A DNA stretch of 64,000 nt from Mustelus asterias (Eukaryota). The stretch is taken from NCBI RefSeq assembly GCF_964213995.1, contig NC_135804.1, positions 59,768,001 through 59,832,000 of the forward strand. The letters are read 5' to 3'. Within the stretch, counting starts at the first letter, position 1. Each line of letters opens with the position of its first letter. Positions 49,513 to 62,443 of this stretch are shown piece after piece. The position numbers and the translations under genes were made by a program. Below the pieces are notes generated by a model. The model was given only the letters and a program-made list of their open reading frames with translations, did not search any database and was not told the DNA's origin.

Positions 49513-52424
49513 ATGTTACCTTAAACATATATCACATTCTTCGTTTCAATAGATGACACCACTCCCACAACCAGATTGCTACGGACATACTGGGAGTAGA
49601 TCTTTGATTCCGTTTTATGCTAACTGCTATTCTATTCTCATGTTATGTATTTTCCAGTCTCGATTTCCTCTTCCCGTCCCCTTTCAACTTATTGTATCTG
49701 CCCTATTTCTTGTTTGAGTAATCCACCTGACATGCATCTTGCACTGGTTTTGTTTCAGCATAACGTCTACCTTCCTAACACCCAGCAGCCCTGCTTAACA
49801 TTGACTGTCTTTATCTCTTGTTGAAATGTATCTATCCTGGACCCGAAATGTTTCTTCCTTAAAGATTCCCCTATTGTTTCCTGAATTAACTTGTGCTCAA
49901 TTTTCATGTTGTAATATAGTACAGGCTAAATATAATCTCTTAATTAAAGCAGAGATAAATAAAACCACACATTTTTCACCCATGTTTCCCATCTCCTTAA
50001 AGACATTTCGGGTGGAGTACAATAGACCTTTTATATGGCTTTGACACAGAACGTGCGTTGGGGAGGTCAACCAAAAGACAAATTTTACCCTCATCAGAGG
50101 CCTACAACTTCAGGTCACTGATGAAAGATCAAGAATGGAAACCGTAACTTTGTATCCACCTCTTTGTTTCAAAGGAGTGTAAACCCAGTTGTCGCGTTCC
50201 ACCACTGACTGGTTGAAATTGAACAAAATCAAGAAATCCACATTGAAATGTTGGTGACCGTATATTCTTGTCAGATTAACCCATTATGAGGAGTCGTTGG
50301 ACGTCTCCCAAGAGAGGAATGCTGTGTAAAAGCAAAGCATTTGTTTGTGTCACAGTATCACAGTCAAGTGCATTGCTTATCTGTTTTTTTCTTCAGACGG
50401 AATGACTCTGAGGAAGCGTACGAGGCTATTCAACCTTTCAGTTCGTTTCTGACGTTAACTTAAAGCTTGGCTGATCCATGCCTGAACCCCCAATTTATTC
50501 ATTGTTGCGCCACATACCTTGAAATCTTTATCCAAGAAACATGTGTCCATCTAAATTCTTGATTAGCTCAACGGGTTTCTGAGAGTTGCAAATATCCATT
50601 ACAATTTGTTTGAAAATGAATATGTGCAATATTCATATTATAGTAGTTCTTATTAACTATTAACTTGTATTTGCTCAAGTGATTTTTGTATTTATTATCT
50701 CACCCTACACTAGGTTCATTTAGGCGTTTATTTTATAAATATGATTAGCATTCCACAATGCCATGTGCAAGGCGACAAAATATGGAGAGCTGTTTTTCAG
50801 CATTTGAGTGTGTACAGTGTTCTGGTGGTAAGTCATCAGCCTGACTATTTCTCCCCTTACAAATTTCTCCCGGGTTGCACTACAGGTCCAGCATTTTGCT
50901 GTTTTCGCTTCCGATTTTCAGCATCATCTATGTTTCATTTCTTATTTCATGAGGTGGAATGTTTTGGGAGATAACTAACTGCAGCCGAAGTGCTGACGAC
51001 TCAGGCTTCTGCTACAGATGGTGGAGTGCATTGTGAATGAGCTGTGGGGAGAGCAAGGGTGAAGAAGAGTATCATCATATATTGTGATGGGGTTGAATGT
51101 AACCAAATGGAGTGGGATTTATTTCCGGTGGAAATTAATGCCCGGCATAGATCATTAGGGATCAGTGTCAGTTTTATTTATGGCATGAATTATTTGTGGT
51201 TTTGTATGCACCCCAAACGTTCGGTTAAAGGGATTATGTCGACGTAAGGGCAAGGTAAAACGAACCGGTCGTGTTGCAATCAACCTCAGCGTAAGTTATA
51301 CCTGAATACTATGTGCCAACTTCTATATATAAAAGTTTTCACTTTGCAGACCTCTATAAGATACATTGCATTTCCCGACTTTACTCTGTATTTACGGCAG
51401 ACTGATTTTTTTTCAACAATTGCTCCAAATACAAAGTACTGCGGATGCTGGAAATATAAAACGATTATCCGACATCTGAAGAATAATCACGACCTGAAAT
51501 GTTGTCTCAGTTTCTCTTTTCATAGATGCTACCAGAGCCCCTTAACACTTCTACATTTCCGTTTTTATTTAATATTATATTTGAAATGAACAGACACTGG
51601 TGAAAGTTCTAGGTGTTATTTGAACTTAAATTCTACTCGTATTCATTTGAGACTTTAACCATTTAGGCAATACGAGATAGTTTGGCGAATGAACTCAGGA
51701 AATCTTCAACAAATTGCAGATTAATTCCTCCTAAAGACAGGGCGGGAATTGGCGAGCGTCCGAGGGCTTTTGCATTTCGGTTCAGACTTTGGGCACACAC
51801 TAAATCTCCAGGCGGCATGTTACGGGACCGTCCCGTCCATCGATGGGCGGTTCGAGCCCGGAAATGGGCGAGAGGCTGAATAATTTATCTAAATATACTT
51901 AAATGTGAATTTACATTTTAGCGAGTCCAGCGCTCATATAAATGAGAACAAGCACAAAGACAGAACACGCCTTAAGCCAATTGAATATCAGCCTTGCCGC
52001 AATTAGGCCAGTTAGAATGCAATAACAACATTGCCCACCATATGAGTTGTGACTTGGAATAAGTTAAATGGCAGAAGCTTTCACTGACCAAGTTGCACAG
52101 CAAGTGCCGCTGCACTGAGGGAAACAGAAATTACAGTGAAAGAAATGTTAAATTAAATTGATCTCCGACCCAAAAGTAGAAGTCTAGCATGGATCACTGA
52201 CTTTTGATGGAGAGAGGGGTGATAAAGTAAAAGGGAGAGGGGAGAATTAAAAGGGATCAGTTCCGAAAAATGTAACAATATTTTTCTGTTGACGCCATTG
52301 TTTTCAGTGCACATGGATGGATACCCAGTTTTGTCTTCTTTTAGCGGCAACGTATTAGCTACACAGATAATATTTTGTTATCTTCAGTCCATTGGTGGAT
52401 ATTCAGATGATAGATAATAATATA

Positions 52425-54949
52425 TAGGCCGCCCAATCGTGACACGGAGGTGGAGGAGCAGATAGGGAAACAGATCCTGGAGAGTTGCAATAATAGCAGA
52501 GTTGTTGTGATGGGAGACTTTAATTTCCCAAACATAGATTGGAATATCCCTCGGGTAAGAGGATTGGATGGGGAGGAGTTCGTTAGGTGTGTTCAGGAGG
52601 GTTTCCTGACACAGCATGTGGACATGCCTACAAGAGGAGAGGCTGTACTTGATCTGACACTGACCAATGAGCCTGGACAGCTGTCAGATCTCTCAGTGGG
52701 AGAGCATCTTGGGGATAGCGATCATAACTCTATCTCCTTTATGCTTGCATTGGAAAAAGAGAGGATCAGGCAAGATAGGAAAGCGTTTATATGGAGTAAG
52801 GGGAAATATGAAGACATGAGGCAGCAAATTAGAGGAGTAAATTGGAAGGAGGTATTCTCGGGAAAATCTACTCAAGAGAGGTGGCAGTTTTTCAAGGAAT
52901 GTCTGTCTAGGGTTCCACAGGACAATGTTCCGAGCAGACAGGGAGGAGTTTGTAGGTTAAAGGAACCGTGGTGCACGAAAGCTGTGCAGGACCTAGTCGA
53001 GAAGAAAAGGAAAGTGTACAAAAGGTTCAGAGAGCTTGGTGAAGATAGGGATCTGGATGACTATACGGCTTGTAGGAAGGGACTAAAGAAGGAAATTAGG
53101 AGAGCCAGAAGGGGTCACGAAAAGGCCTTGGCAAGGAGAATTAAGGAAAACCCCAAGGCATTCTATAAATATGTGAAGAGTAAAAGGATGAGACGTGAAG
53201 GAATAGGGCCTATAAAAATCAGTACGGAACCAGTAGAAATGGCAGAAGTGCTAAATGAGTATTTTGCCTCGGTTTTCACAGGAGAAGGACATGGGTGGAT
53301 GTACTGTGGGCTTGCGGTAGACTGAAAAGATTGAGTATGTGGACTTTAACAAAGAGGTTGTGCTGCAATCTTTGAATGGCATTAAGATAGATAAGTCGCC
53401 GGGTCCGGATGGGATGTACCCCAGGTTACTGTGGGAGACGAGGGAAGAGATTGCAGAGCCTCTGGCGATGATCTTTGCGTCGTCGATGGAGACGGGAGAG
53501 GTGCCGGAGGATTGGAAGATTGCGGATGTGGTTCCTATTTTCAAGAATGGGAATAGGGATAGCCCAGGAAATTACCGACCAGTGAGTCTAACCTCAGTGG
53601 TTGGTAAGCTGATGGAGAGGATCCCGAGGGACAAGATTTATGAGCATTTGGAGAGGTTTAGTATGCTCATGAATACTCAGCATGGCTTTGTCAAAGTCAG
53701 ATCGTGCCTTACGAGCCTGGTGGAGTTCTTCGAAAATGTGACAAAACGCATTGACGAAGGGAAAGCGGTAGATGTGGTTTATATGGATTATAGCAAGGCG
53801 TTCGATAAGGTCCCCCATGCAAGGCTTCTAGAAAAAGTGAGAGGGCATGGGATCCAAGAGGCTGCTGCCCTGTGGATCCAGAACTGGCTTGCCCAAAGGA
53901 GGCAGAGAGTGTGTATAGATGGGTCTTTTTCTAAATGGACGTCGGTCACCAGTGGTGTGCCCCGGGGATCTGTTCTGGGACCCTTGCTATTTGTCATTTT
54001 CATAAATGACCTGGATGAGGAAGCGGAGGGATGGGTTAGTAAGTTTGCCAATGACGCGAAGGTTGATGGGGTTGTGGATAGTCTGGAGGGATGTCAGAAG
54101 TTACAGAGGGATATAGATAGGATGCAAGACTGGGCGGAGAAGTGGCAGATGGACGTCAACCCAGATAAATGCGTCGTGGTCCATTTTGGCAGGTCAAATG
54201 GGATGAAGGAGTACAATATTAAGGGAAAGACCCATAGTACTGTGGAGGATCAGAAGGACCTTGGATTCCGAGTCCATAGGACTCTAAAATCGGCCCCGCA
54301 GGTGGAGGAGGTGGTTAAGAAGGCGTATGGTGTGCTGGCCTTTATCAATCGAGGGATTGACTTTAGGAGTCCGGGGATAATGATGCAGCTATATAAGACC
54401 CTCGTCAGACCCCACTTGGAGTACTGTGCTCAATTCTGGTCGCCTCATTACAGGACGGATGTGGAAAAGATTGAAAGGGTGCAGAGGCGATTTACAAGGA
54501 TGTTGCCTGGATTGAGTGGCATGCCTTATGAGGATAGGCTGAGGGGGCTCGGTCTTTTCTCCTTGGAGAGACGTAGGATGAGAGGAGACCTAATAGGGGT
54601 ATATAAGATGTTGAGAGGCATGGATCGGGTGGACTCTCAGAGGCTTTTTCCCAGGGTGGAAATGGCTGCTACGAGAGGACACAGGTTTAAGGTGCTGGGG
54701 GGTAGGTACAGGGGAAATGTTAGGGGGAAGTTTTTCACACAGAGGGTGGTGGGCGAGTGGAATCGGCTGCCGTAAGTGGTGGTGGAGGCAAACTCAATAG
54801 CATCTTTTAAGAAACTCCTGGATGAGTACATGGGACTTAATAGGATAGAGGGTTATAGATAGGCCTAAAAGTTAGGGATATGTTCGGCACAACTTGTGGG
54901 GCCGAAGGGCCTGTTTTGTGCTGTAGTTTTCTATGTTTCTATGTTTCTA
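52425..54949 (+). mobile_element. CR1 LINE, 5' truncated (APE partial plus RT, frameshifted)
   Basis: ORFs 52450-53325 (VMGDFNFP) and 53339-54775 (PRGSVLGP, FAND); tail (CTATGTTT)n. Confidence 0.95.
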
Positions 54950-55776
54950 ATGCATTTGATCATCTGATCTTCTCTGCATCTGCGATCGGCTGAAGAATAC
55001 TATTAGCTTCCGTCGATTTGAACAATGGCCAGGGTTTAGATAAAGTGACCATCTTGCTCTGTGTGACACATTAGTACATTGTGGGTACAATATACGCTTA
55101 GTGTTTCTCTCAGTGTCAAATATAACGTGCTGCAGTTGGTCACAGTATCAACAGGCACAGTTCTTCCTAATTTACGGTGAACGACTCTACTGGTAAAAAA
55201 AAAGCCTCAGGATCTGAGAAAATATTTCGTCAGATAATTGTGCAAGGTGTATTTGTATAAAAATGCATGTTCCAAAACTATGATTGGTTTAAGATGATCT
55301 TTCTTCGCAAAAGTGGTGGCCGCTCCATATTTGCTTAATTGCAGATGAATGCTCTTATAAATCTTCACAGACCATGTGTCTGTGTGTGCCTGCTAATTAT
55401 GTAAGTAGCTTCAGCATTCGTTCATGGTCGGGGCAACATTTTCTGCTTTGAGAAGCAGTTCTGCATCGCTCTGTCCAGTAGGAAGATAGGTTAATTTAAA
55501 AAAATTTGAGAAAATGTTGTTTATCTGTTCACACAAAACGTGCCATTGTGTTCAGTAAGCATTGATCTGTAGCACGCAAGCTCCTTGGAGTGGCAATCAC
55601 CGGCGGATTGCCACTCCGGAGGGACTTACATGCGTTATAATTCCAAAGCCACTGTCGTGCCCAACATTCGTCTCTCAGAACTGGTGAGGCAGGTGCACAG
55701 GCAAAGGAAGGCACGCCCCTTTCTGGGCACAAGCCAATCCTGTGATTTCACAGCCTGATTTTAGTTCTCTGTCGTT

Positions 55777-55902
55777 CTCCTCCCGGTCAGCTTCACAGTG
55801 ATCCTGGCCTGATTCACACTCCTCCCGGTCTGCCTCATAATGATCGTGACCTGTTCCACACTCCTCCCGATCAATGTCACGCCGAGGTTAACCTGCTACA
55901 CA
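55777..55902 (+). repeat. Degenerate ~42-bp tandem repeat, ~3 copies
   Basis: Unit CTCCTCCCGGTC..CAC..TGATC..G(G/A)CCTG..CACA repeated. Confidence 0.6.
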
Positions 55903-55919
55903 TCTTCAATATGTCAACA

Positions 55920-56560
55920 ATCATTGATGAAGCTGACCACACTGTTCTTCTACAGCCTCTCACCATGGCCCAAATGAATGTCTATGCAGTTGCGTGGTTC
56001 CATTCTTCTATTATTGATTCCTAATCAGTGAATAACAATCGATGATTTCTCTCCTCGTTCCTGTAGTGCTGCTATTGTCTCCCAAAGAAGGTACTCTGGC
56101 TTTGTGCTTGTTCTCATCTATATGCTTCCCCGCTGAGATCTCATCCTAATACAGTGTCAGGGTTTACATCTAGGTTGATAACACACAGCTGTACCTCACC
56201 ACAGCCTCTCTCAATGCCTCCCCATCCCTAAATTGTCACAATGATTGTACAACCTCCAGTACTGGAGAAAATAATCCTGCAACTAAGTATTAGGAGGCCC
56301 AAACTGTTTGTATTTGGTCTGCCGCGCCATCCGTCCCCATGTCTTTCTCGCTGGCAAGTGTTTTGGATTGATTAGAAATGTCGAAAAAAAATGTTCTTAT
56401 ATTTCTCCGTGAAATGTCTTTCCGATCAGAAATCCATGCCATCAATAAGACCATCAATTTTAACTCGTAACATTTCCTGACTCAATTGCTGCTCCAGCTG
56501 ATTTGCTTCCAAATCCTCATCCGTGTCCTTTTTACCTCTGCATGTAACTCTACCAATGCA
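55920..56560 (+). mobile_element. L2-like LINE RT fragment
   Basis: Degenerate DHTVLL..AWFHS..GFVLVLIYMLP..DNTQLYL-like RT region. Confidence 0.5.
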
Positions 56561-56564
56561 TTCA

Positions 56565-57181
56565 TTAACGACCTCTTGCAACTCGGGAAACGTTGTCTGC
56601 CTGATACGCTGCAAGAAAGGGTGTTCCGAGGCATGGTAGATTGGCGAGACCATGCAGACACTAGGACAGTGGATGAATGGACACCACTCGAGGATCACCA
56701 GGCAGGAGTGTTCCCTTCTTGTCGGGGAACACTTCAGCAGTCGAGGGCATTCAGCCTCTGATCTTCAGGTAAGCGTTCTCCAAGGCGGCCTTCAAGACAC
56801 ATGACAACGCACAATCGCCGAGCAGAAACTGATACCCAAGTTTCGCACACATGAGGACGGCCTCAACCGGGATCTGGGTTCATGCCACACTAACTGCAAG
56901 CCCCCACGCTTGCCTGGAATTGCAAAATCTCGTTAACTGTCCTCGCTTGAAACAATTCACACCTCTTTAATCTCTACTTAACCCTCTCTCCATTCGCATT
57001 GTCTGCACCTGTTCAGACTCGCATTCCAACCATTATCTTGCAAATTGAGTCTGTGTCTCTATATGCCCCATTTGTGAACCCAATCCTCCACTTGCCTGTT
57101 GAAGGAGCAGCGCTCCGAAAGCTCGTGCTACCAAATAGGCCTGTTGGACTTTAACTTGGTGTTGTGAGACTTGTTACTGTT
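56565..57181 (+). mobile_element. Penelope-like element 3' end: GIY-YIG endonuclease remnant plus pseudo-LTR with hammerhead-like motif
   Basis: SCNSGNVVCLIRCKKGCSEAW*IGETMQTLGQWMNGH..VGEHF..EQKLIPKFRTHEDGLNRD; 3' segment CTGTTGAAGGAGCAGCGCTCCGAAAGCTCGTG..GTTGTGAGACTT. Confidence 0.85.
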
Positions 57182-58194
57182 TTAATTCCATGAAGGTGTT
57201 ATTTGATACTTTTCGCCATATAAACCTCTGAAGCACTTATGTCATCCAATTCAGATTTCTGCAGCATCCGCAGTTTGAAATGGTCCTGTACTGGTGGCCC
57301 TGCCTTCATGAGTGACTTTCCTAAATCGTGGCATTCTCTCCCTAATCCATTCCGCCTGCATAATGTAGAACTCCAAGCTAAGATAACAAGAAACTATCTA
57401 ACTTTAATCAGGCTGCACCAGCACTGATACTCGAGAAATTATAACAGTTGTTATGCAAGGCTAGCTCGTTTTCAGGCTGTTGCACTCAACAGATAAATGT
57501 ATTCTGCTGTAGCAGAGATGAGCTAAAGAGGCATGTTCCTTAATTAGCTTTCGAAACCCACGCGTCCATATCAACATTTAGCAACACGTGTTAGTAATAG
57601 CAGAACAAACCCACCAGCACTTCACCTTATCGTTTCAATGTGTTGACCTTTCCATTGCTGTTCATGAATCCCTACTTTGAATGTTAAAAATCTTGCTGAT
57701 CCGAGGAAGGTATCATAGACAGGTTTCATTGTTCACAGCCAACGTTGCGGTGGAGCGAGCACGTCAGGCTCCTGGGATTGTTCTCGAGTAAAACATTAAT
57801 CTGGGCACGACTGTTGATCAATTTGAGGGTTTTCACTCCCAGTGTACATTGCTGTTTCTTTTTAGATAAATACTAATCTGGAAATCTGCCTGAAGGCAGA
57901 AAGCCAACATATGCTCCCACTTGCATTCCAAGTTGGACACTTTGTCAATAAGCATTCACAGCCACTTATAATTGCCATGTACGTTCGAGTCACCATATTT
58001 CCTTTTTTTATCTGTTTGCGTATAACCTTTTCAGAACATCTTTAGAATAATCATTAGTGTGTTTCTTAAAAGGAATGCAAATTTCTCAAGAGAGTTGTTT
58101 TATATTCGTTCAGTTATGTAGTGGGAAATATATTTTAACGTATTATTAATCCCAAGTCCCATTTTATGGAGAGATCTGGCAGGAAGGCCGATGC

Positions 58195-58520
58195 CCAGTG
58201 AACTAGGAATGCAGGAATCCTAAGCAATGCTCTGCGGCCTCGGGTTCGATTCCCACTATGGCCCATGAGGAACTTTGAATTCAATTGAAAAAATCTGGAA
58301 TTGAAAAGTCGAATGATGACCATGAAAGCATTGTCGTAAAAAACAACCTGGTTCTCTAATGCCCTTCAGGGAAGGAAATTTGCCATCCTTTCCATGCCTG
58401 GCCTACATGTGACTTCAGAAACACAACAATGTATTTGACTTTAAACTGCCCTCTGATATGACCTAGTAAGGCACTTAGAAGGGCAACAAATGCTGGCCTG
58501 GTCAGCGATGCCTTCATCCT
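58195..58520 (+). mobile_element. Deu-type SINE
   Basis: GGGTTCGATTCCCAC..GAAGGAAATTTGCCATCC..GGCCTACATGTGACT..GGGCAACAAATGCTGGCC. Confidence 0.75.
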
Positions 58521-59485
58521 GACAGAAACAGTCTATCCGTGATCAGTAGTGACAGGCAATAACATCTCCTTCGTGATTATCCTCAACACCGGTGCCCCAC
58601 AAGGCTGTGTCCTGTGCACCCTACTATGCTCCTTATACACCAATGACTGTGTGGTCAAATTCCTCTCCAACTCGATTTTCAAGCTTGCTGATGACACCAT
58701 CATAGTGGTCGGATCTAAAACAATGATGAGACGGAATACAGGACCTAGTGAATTGGCGCAACAACAATAATCCCTCCCTCAATGTTAGTAAACCGAAGGA
58801 GAGAGTCATTGACCTCAGGAAGCGTAGTGGAGAACATGCCCCTGTCGAAATCAACGGGGATGAAGTGGAAATGATTGAGACCTTCAAATTTCTCGGTGTC
58901 CAAATCACCAACCACCTGCCCTGGACACTTGACACCGACGTTATAGCGAAGAAAGTCCACCAACACCCCTACTTTCTCAGGGGCCTCAGGAAATTCGGCA
59001 TGTCCGCTCAAACTCTCACCAAATGTTACAGATGCACTAGAGAAAGTAATATTTCTGGATATATCACAGCTTGCTTTGGCTCCTGCTCTGACCAAGACCT
59101 CAAGGCATTAAAACGGGTCGTGAACGAAGCCCAGTCTATTACACAAATTAGCCTTTCATACATTGACTCTGTCTGCACTTCCCGCTGCCACGGAAAAGTA
59201 GCCAGCATAATCACGGACCCCATGCACCCCGGATATACTCTCTTCCATCCATTGGGAAAAAGATACAAAAGTCTAAGGTCACGTTCCAGATGAATCAAGA
59301 ACAGTTTCTTCCCTGCTGCCATCGAACCTTTGAATAGACCTACCGTATATTAAGTTGATATTTCTCGACAGCCCAGATAGGACTGTAACACTACATTCTG
59401 CAGCGTTATGCTTTGTCTCTCGAGGAGCAACAAACAATACTTTTACTGTGTGCTAATATATATGACAATAAAAGATCAATTTAAA
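58520..59485 (+). mobile_element. Rex1/Babar-clade LINE, 5' truncated
   Basis: LNTGAPQGCVL..LYTNDC..KLADDTIIV; LNVSKPKERVIDLRK..FKFLGV..YFLRGLRKF..CTRESNISGYITACFG. Confidence 0.85.
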
Positions 59486-62285
59486 AGCAGGGACTTAAAG
59501 TGGAAGTCCCTTGCCTGTGTGTTTACAAATGGGAGTGTGCTACCTCTTCAATGAAATTGGATGACAAGATGTTGTGATGGTTTTGCTTTTGCAAAACTCT
59601 TCATCATTTCCATCTCCAAATTTACGATATACAGTGGGAGGATAAGAATCAGCTTAATAAGGAAGATTCCTCACCAAGTGCCCAGAATTTGTTTAAAGTT
59701 GGCTTTTCTGGCTGATTTTGGACCATATGCAGAAGCTGTAACTTCTGAGTCACTGAGATCAGTGTTACGGTATTTTAGCATATAGAAAAAATGCAATACG
59801 TGTGGGAGATGTAAACTTAACTTTCCTAAATCTTGTGCAATCATTAGTAAAAAATAAAGACAGACAATGTATGCAGGAAGATGCCTTCAGTCATAGAAAG
59901 AAATTAATTAAATAATTAAATGTCAATAGACGAAACGGTTAGATTTTTCCTGTTGTAACGATAGTGCTGTTCGGAAAGGTACAGTGACGTGTAAAATAGG
60001 ACATCCGTTGCACGTGTGTGTCGCTATAATTATACATTGAAACGCGATGTAAAATAACTGCTGCTATTGAATTTTAGATACGTCCACAGTGTGTTGCAAT
60101 GTTGTTACATTTAGAACCGACATGTTCGCATTTAGAGAAGACCGAGTGAAATACGTCCACTGCCAAGTTCCAATCGTCAATACGCCTTGTCAGTATTTCG
60201 CAATGTATAAGTGTAGCTCAAAGCAGAAACTTACAAACCCCCAGCAATTGGTTTGCACGTTATCAGCTTATCCAGATAAAGAGCCAACACAATAATCTTT
60301 TACATACCGTAAGTAGAGGTGCCACTATTTGGGTTAATTTAGCATCAAAATTATTTACACTACTTTGTTTCCGTATTGAGTCAATTATTGTTTTTCAGGT
60401 CAGAAAATTAAATGTTCGGTAAACCAAAGTATTATGACAGTTGAACAGTTGCCCATTTACTTGCATTTTTCAGGATCCATCTCTTTCCGGACAAATGTTT
60501 TGTCGTCAGCCTAACTAAACGGATCAAATCCCAACGGATTAAAAAGAAAGAATGAACATGGCTTCATCTGTGGAAGTATTTGAAGAAACAAATAAGACAA
60601 CAGAGAAAGAAGCTGCAGAAAATGCCGACTGTCTGGAGAAAGAAAATGACAATCTAGCACTATAGGAGAATGACGCTTGGATGAAGAATACATGGACTTA
60701 ATTGCAAAATGGAATTCGATGCGTACCCATGAAGGAGAACTTTGATTGCTCTGGAGAAAAAATCAGGAGTGGGAATAATTGGGCAATGCTGTCAAATTGC
60801 CAGCACGGATCAAACGGTCGCCTTCTCAGATGCAGGATTCCATAATTCGACATGGTGTCATGTGGGAATAGATGTTTGTAAAGCAAGAAACAACTCGAAC
60901 CTACTTTCAGTAAGTTGATAGGGAAATCCAAGTATTCAGCTTCACCCCTTTTCTATCAGGAGCATCAGCTGAACTGGATGTGACGCACTGGCATGTACTC
61001 AACGTGATAACGGGACGTATGAATCTACACGCAGGTTTTTCTGCGTTACTGAACAAAGTGAACACTGATCGTTAATTTGTTAGAATTCGTAGAAAACCGA
61101 TTTTTAAATTTTACTTTACTATGCAGATAATTAGGTACCACAAGACACAATGTATCGTTGTAGCCGAAGGAACATATTTGTCATTATTTAAAAAAAATAC
61201 TCATTGAACAATACTGTATGACAAGAAAGTTACTTTCTTCCTAAAGCAACGAAAATAAACTTCTTAAAATAACTGAGTAGCAAGTGACTACCATGTACTG
61301 CATTATCTGATAGACACGGTATCATACAGTACAAATACTCCTGCTAGCGGTACGGCAAAGGGACGCGATCAGTGTAGACCACAGAAGTGAATTTCGAAAT
61401 TCAATGGCTAATTGTTTTTCGCCTCCATATACCCAGTCTCTTTTACTCCATTTTGTTTCGCTCTCCGCAGTTGGGCATATTCAGTGCACCTTTCGTTAGC
61501 TTTGCCTTTGTCTGAGCCAGTCAACGCTACACGTGAGTATATCAGGTCATTACCGACTTCCTTTTGCTGCGTCTGCAAGGTCAATGTTTGAAAATATTGT
61601 TTATTGGTTGCTTCGCAAGTCCGCTGTTCAAAAGATTCATCAGAAAGACACGCAGATCATCTTAGAGACAGCATACGGGCAAAGTCAACAGAGACATATT
61701 TACTGCTTTGTCGCATGGGTGTTGATGTTACTTTGTTTCCCCTGATCGATTACTCGGCCCCACCTGAGCATACTCACCTCGTCACGTTTGTGTTTTGGAG
61801 TTTTGCTCAAATCTAATGCGGCATAATGCACACATTCAGACGCATTTTCCTGCTTGGACAAAACGGAAAATTTCTGTTACGCGGCTGGTTCAATGTGTTC
61901 ACCAGTTGACAGTAATTTTGGTCAAACATTGAGTGGATTAACCTGGGATCGAATAGACGTGAGCAAAATATAATTAATTTACATTTTCCTAAGTGCGAGT
62001 ATTAAGACACTCGACACTTTAAACTCCGATACCAAATATGTAAACCAGCCAATTTCACTCGACATAATTGTTACACAAATGTTGAAACAGGCGGCAGCTT
62101 CATTACGTACAACTTATTTTCGATCTGAATGAATAAATGAATTGATGAAAACGCATTAACTGTATTTTCAACGAGGTAAGCAGTTCTCTTTTCTAAGCGT
62201 TTATCACTGTTTGCCAATAAAGCACTCGGTGGCAACTAAATTTCCACATCCGATTGAAATGTAGAATCTCATTGAGACAAAACAA

Positions 62286-62443
62286 GATGCGGAGATGCCA
62301 GCGTTGGACTGGGGTGGGCACAGTAAGAGGTCTCACAGCACCAGGTTAAAGGCTCACCTGATGCAGGAGCAGCGCTCCGAAACCTCGTGATTCCAAAGAA
62401 AAACCCGTTGAACTTTAACCTAGTGTTGTGAGACCTCTTCCTG
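62286..62443 (+). mobile_element. Short Penelope pseudo-LTR hairpin element with hammerhead-like core
   Basis: Same head as 1335-1400; inverted arms ~62321-62351 / 62413-62442; TCAC-CTGATGC-AGGAGCAGCGCTCC-GAAACCTC-GTGA. Confidence 0.75.

Noticed and set aside
55777-55902. CRISPR-like repeat spacing
   Set aside because: Eukaryotic context, only ~3 degenerate tandem units with no unique spacers; a minisatellite.
60474-60850. Exon-like acidic reading frame after a good acceptor
   Set aside because: Contains stops, and its 3' half resembles a decayed CR1 3' end.
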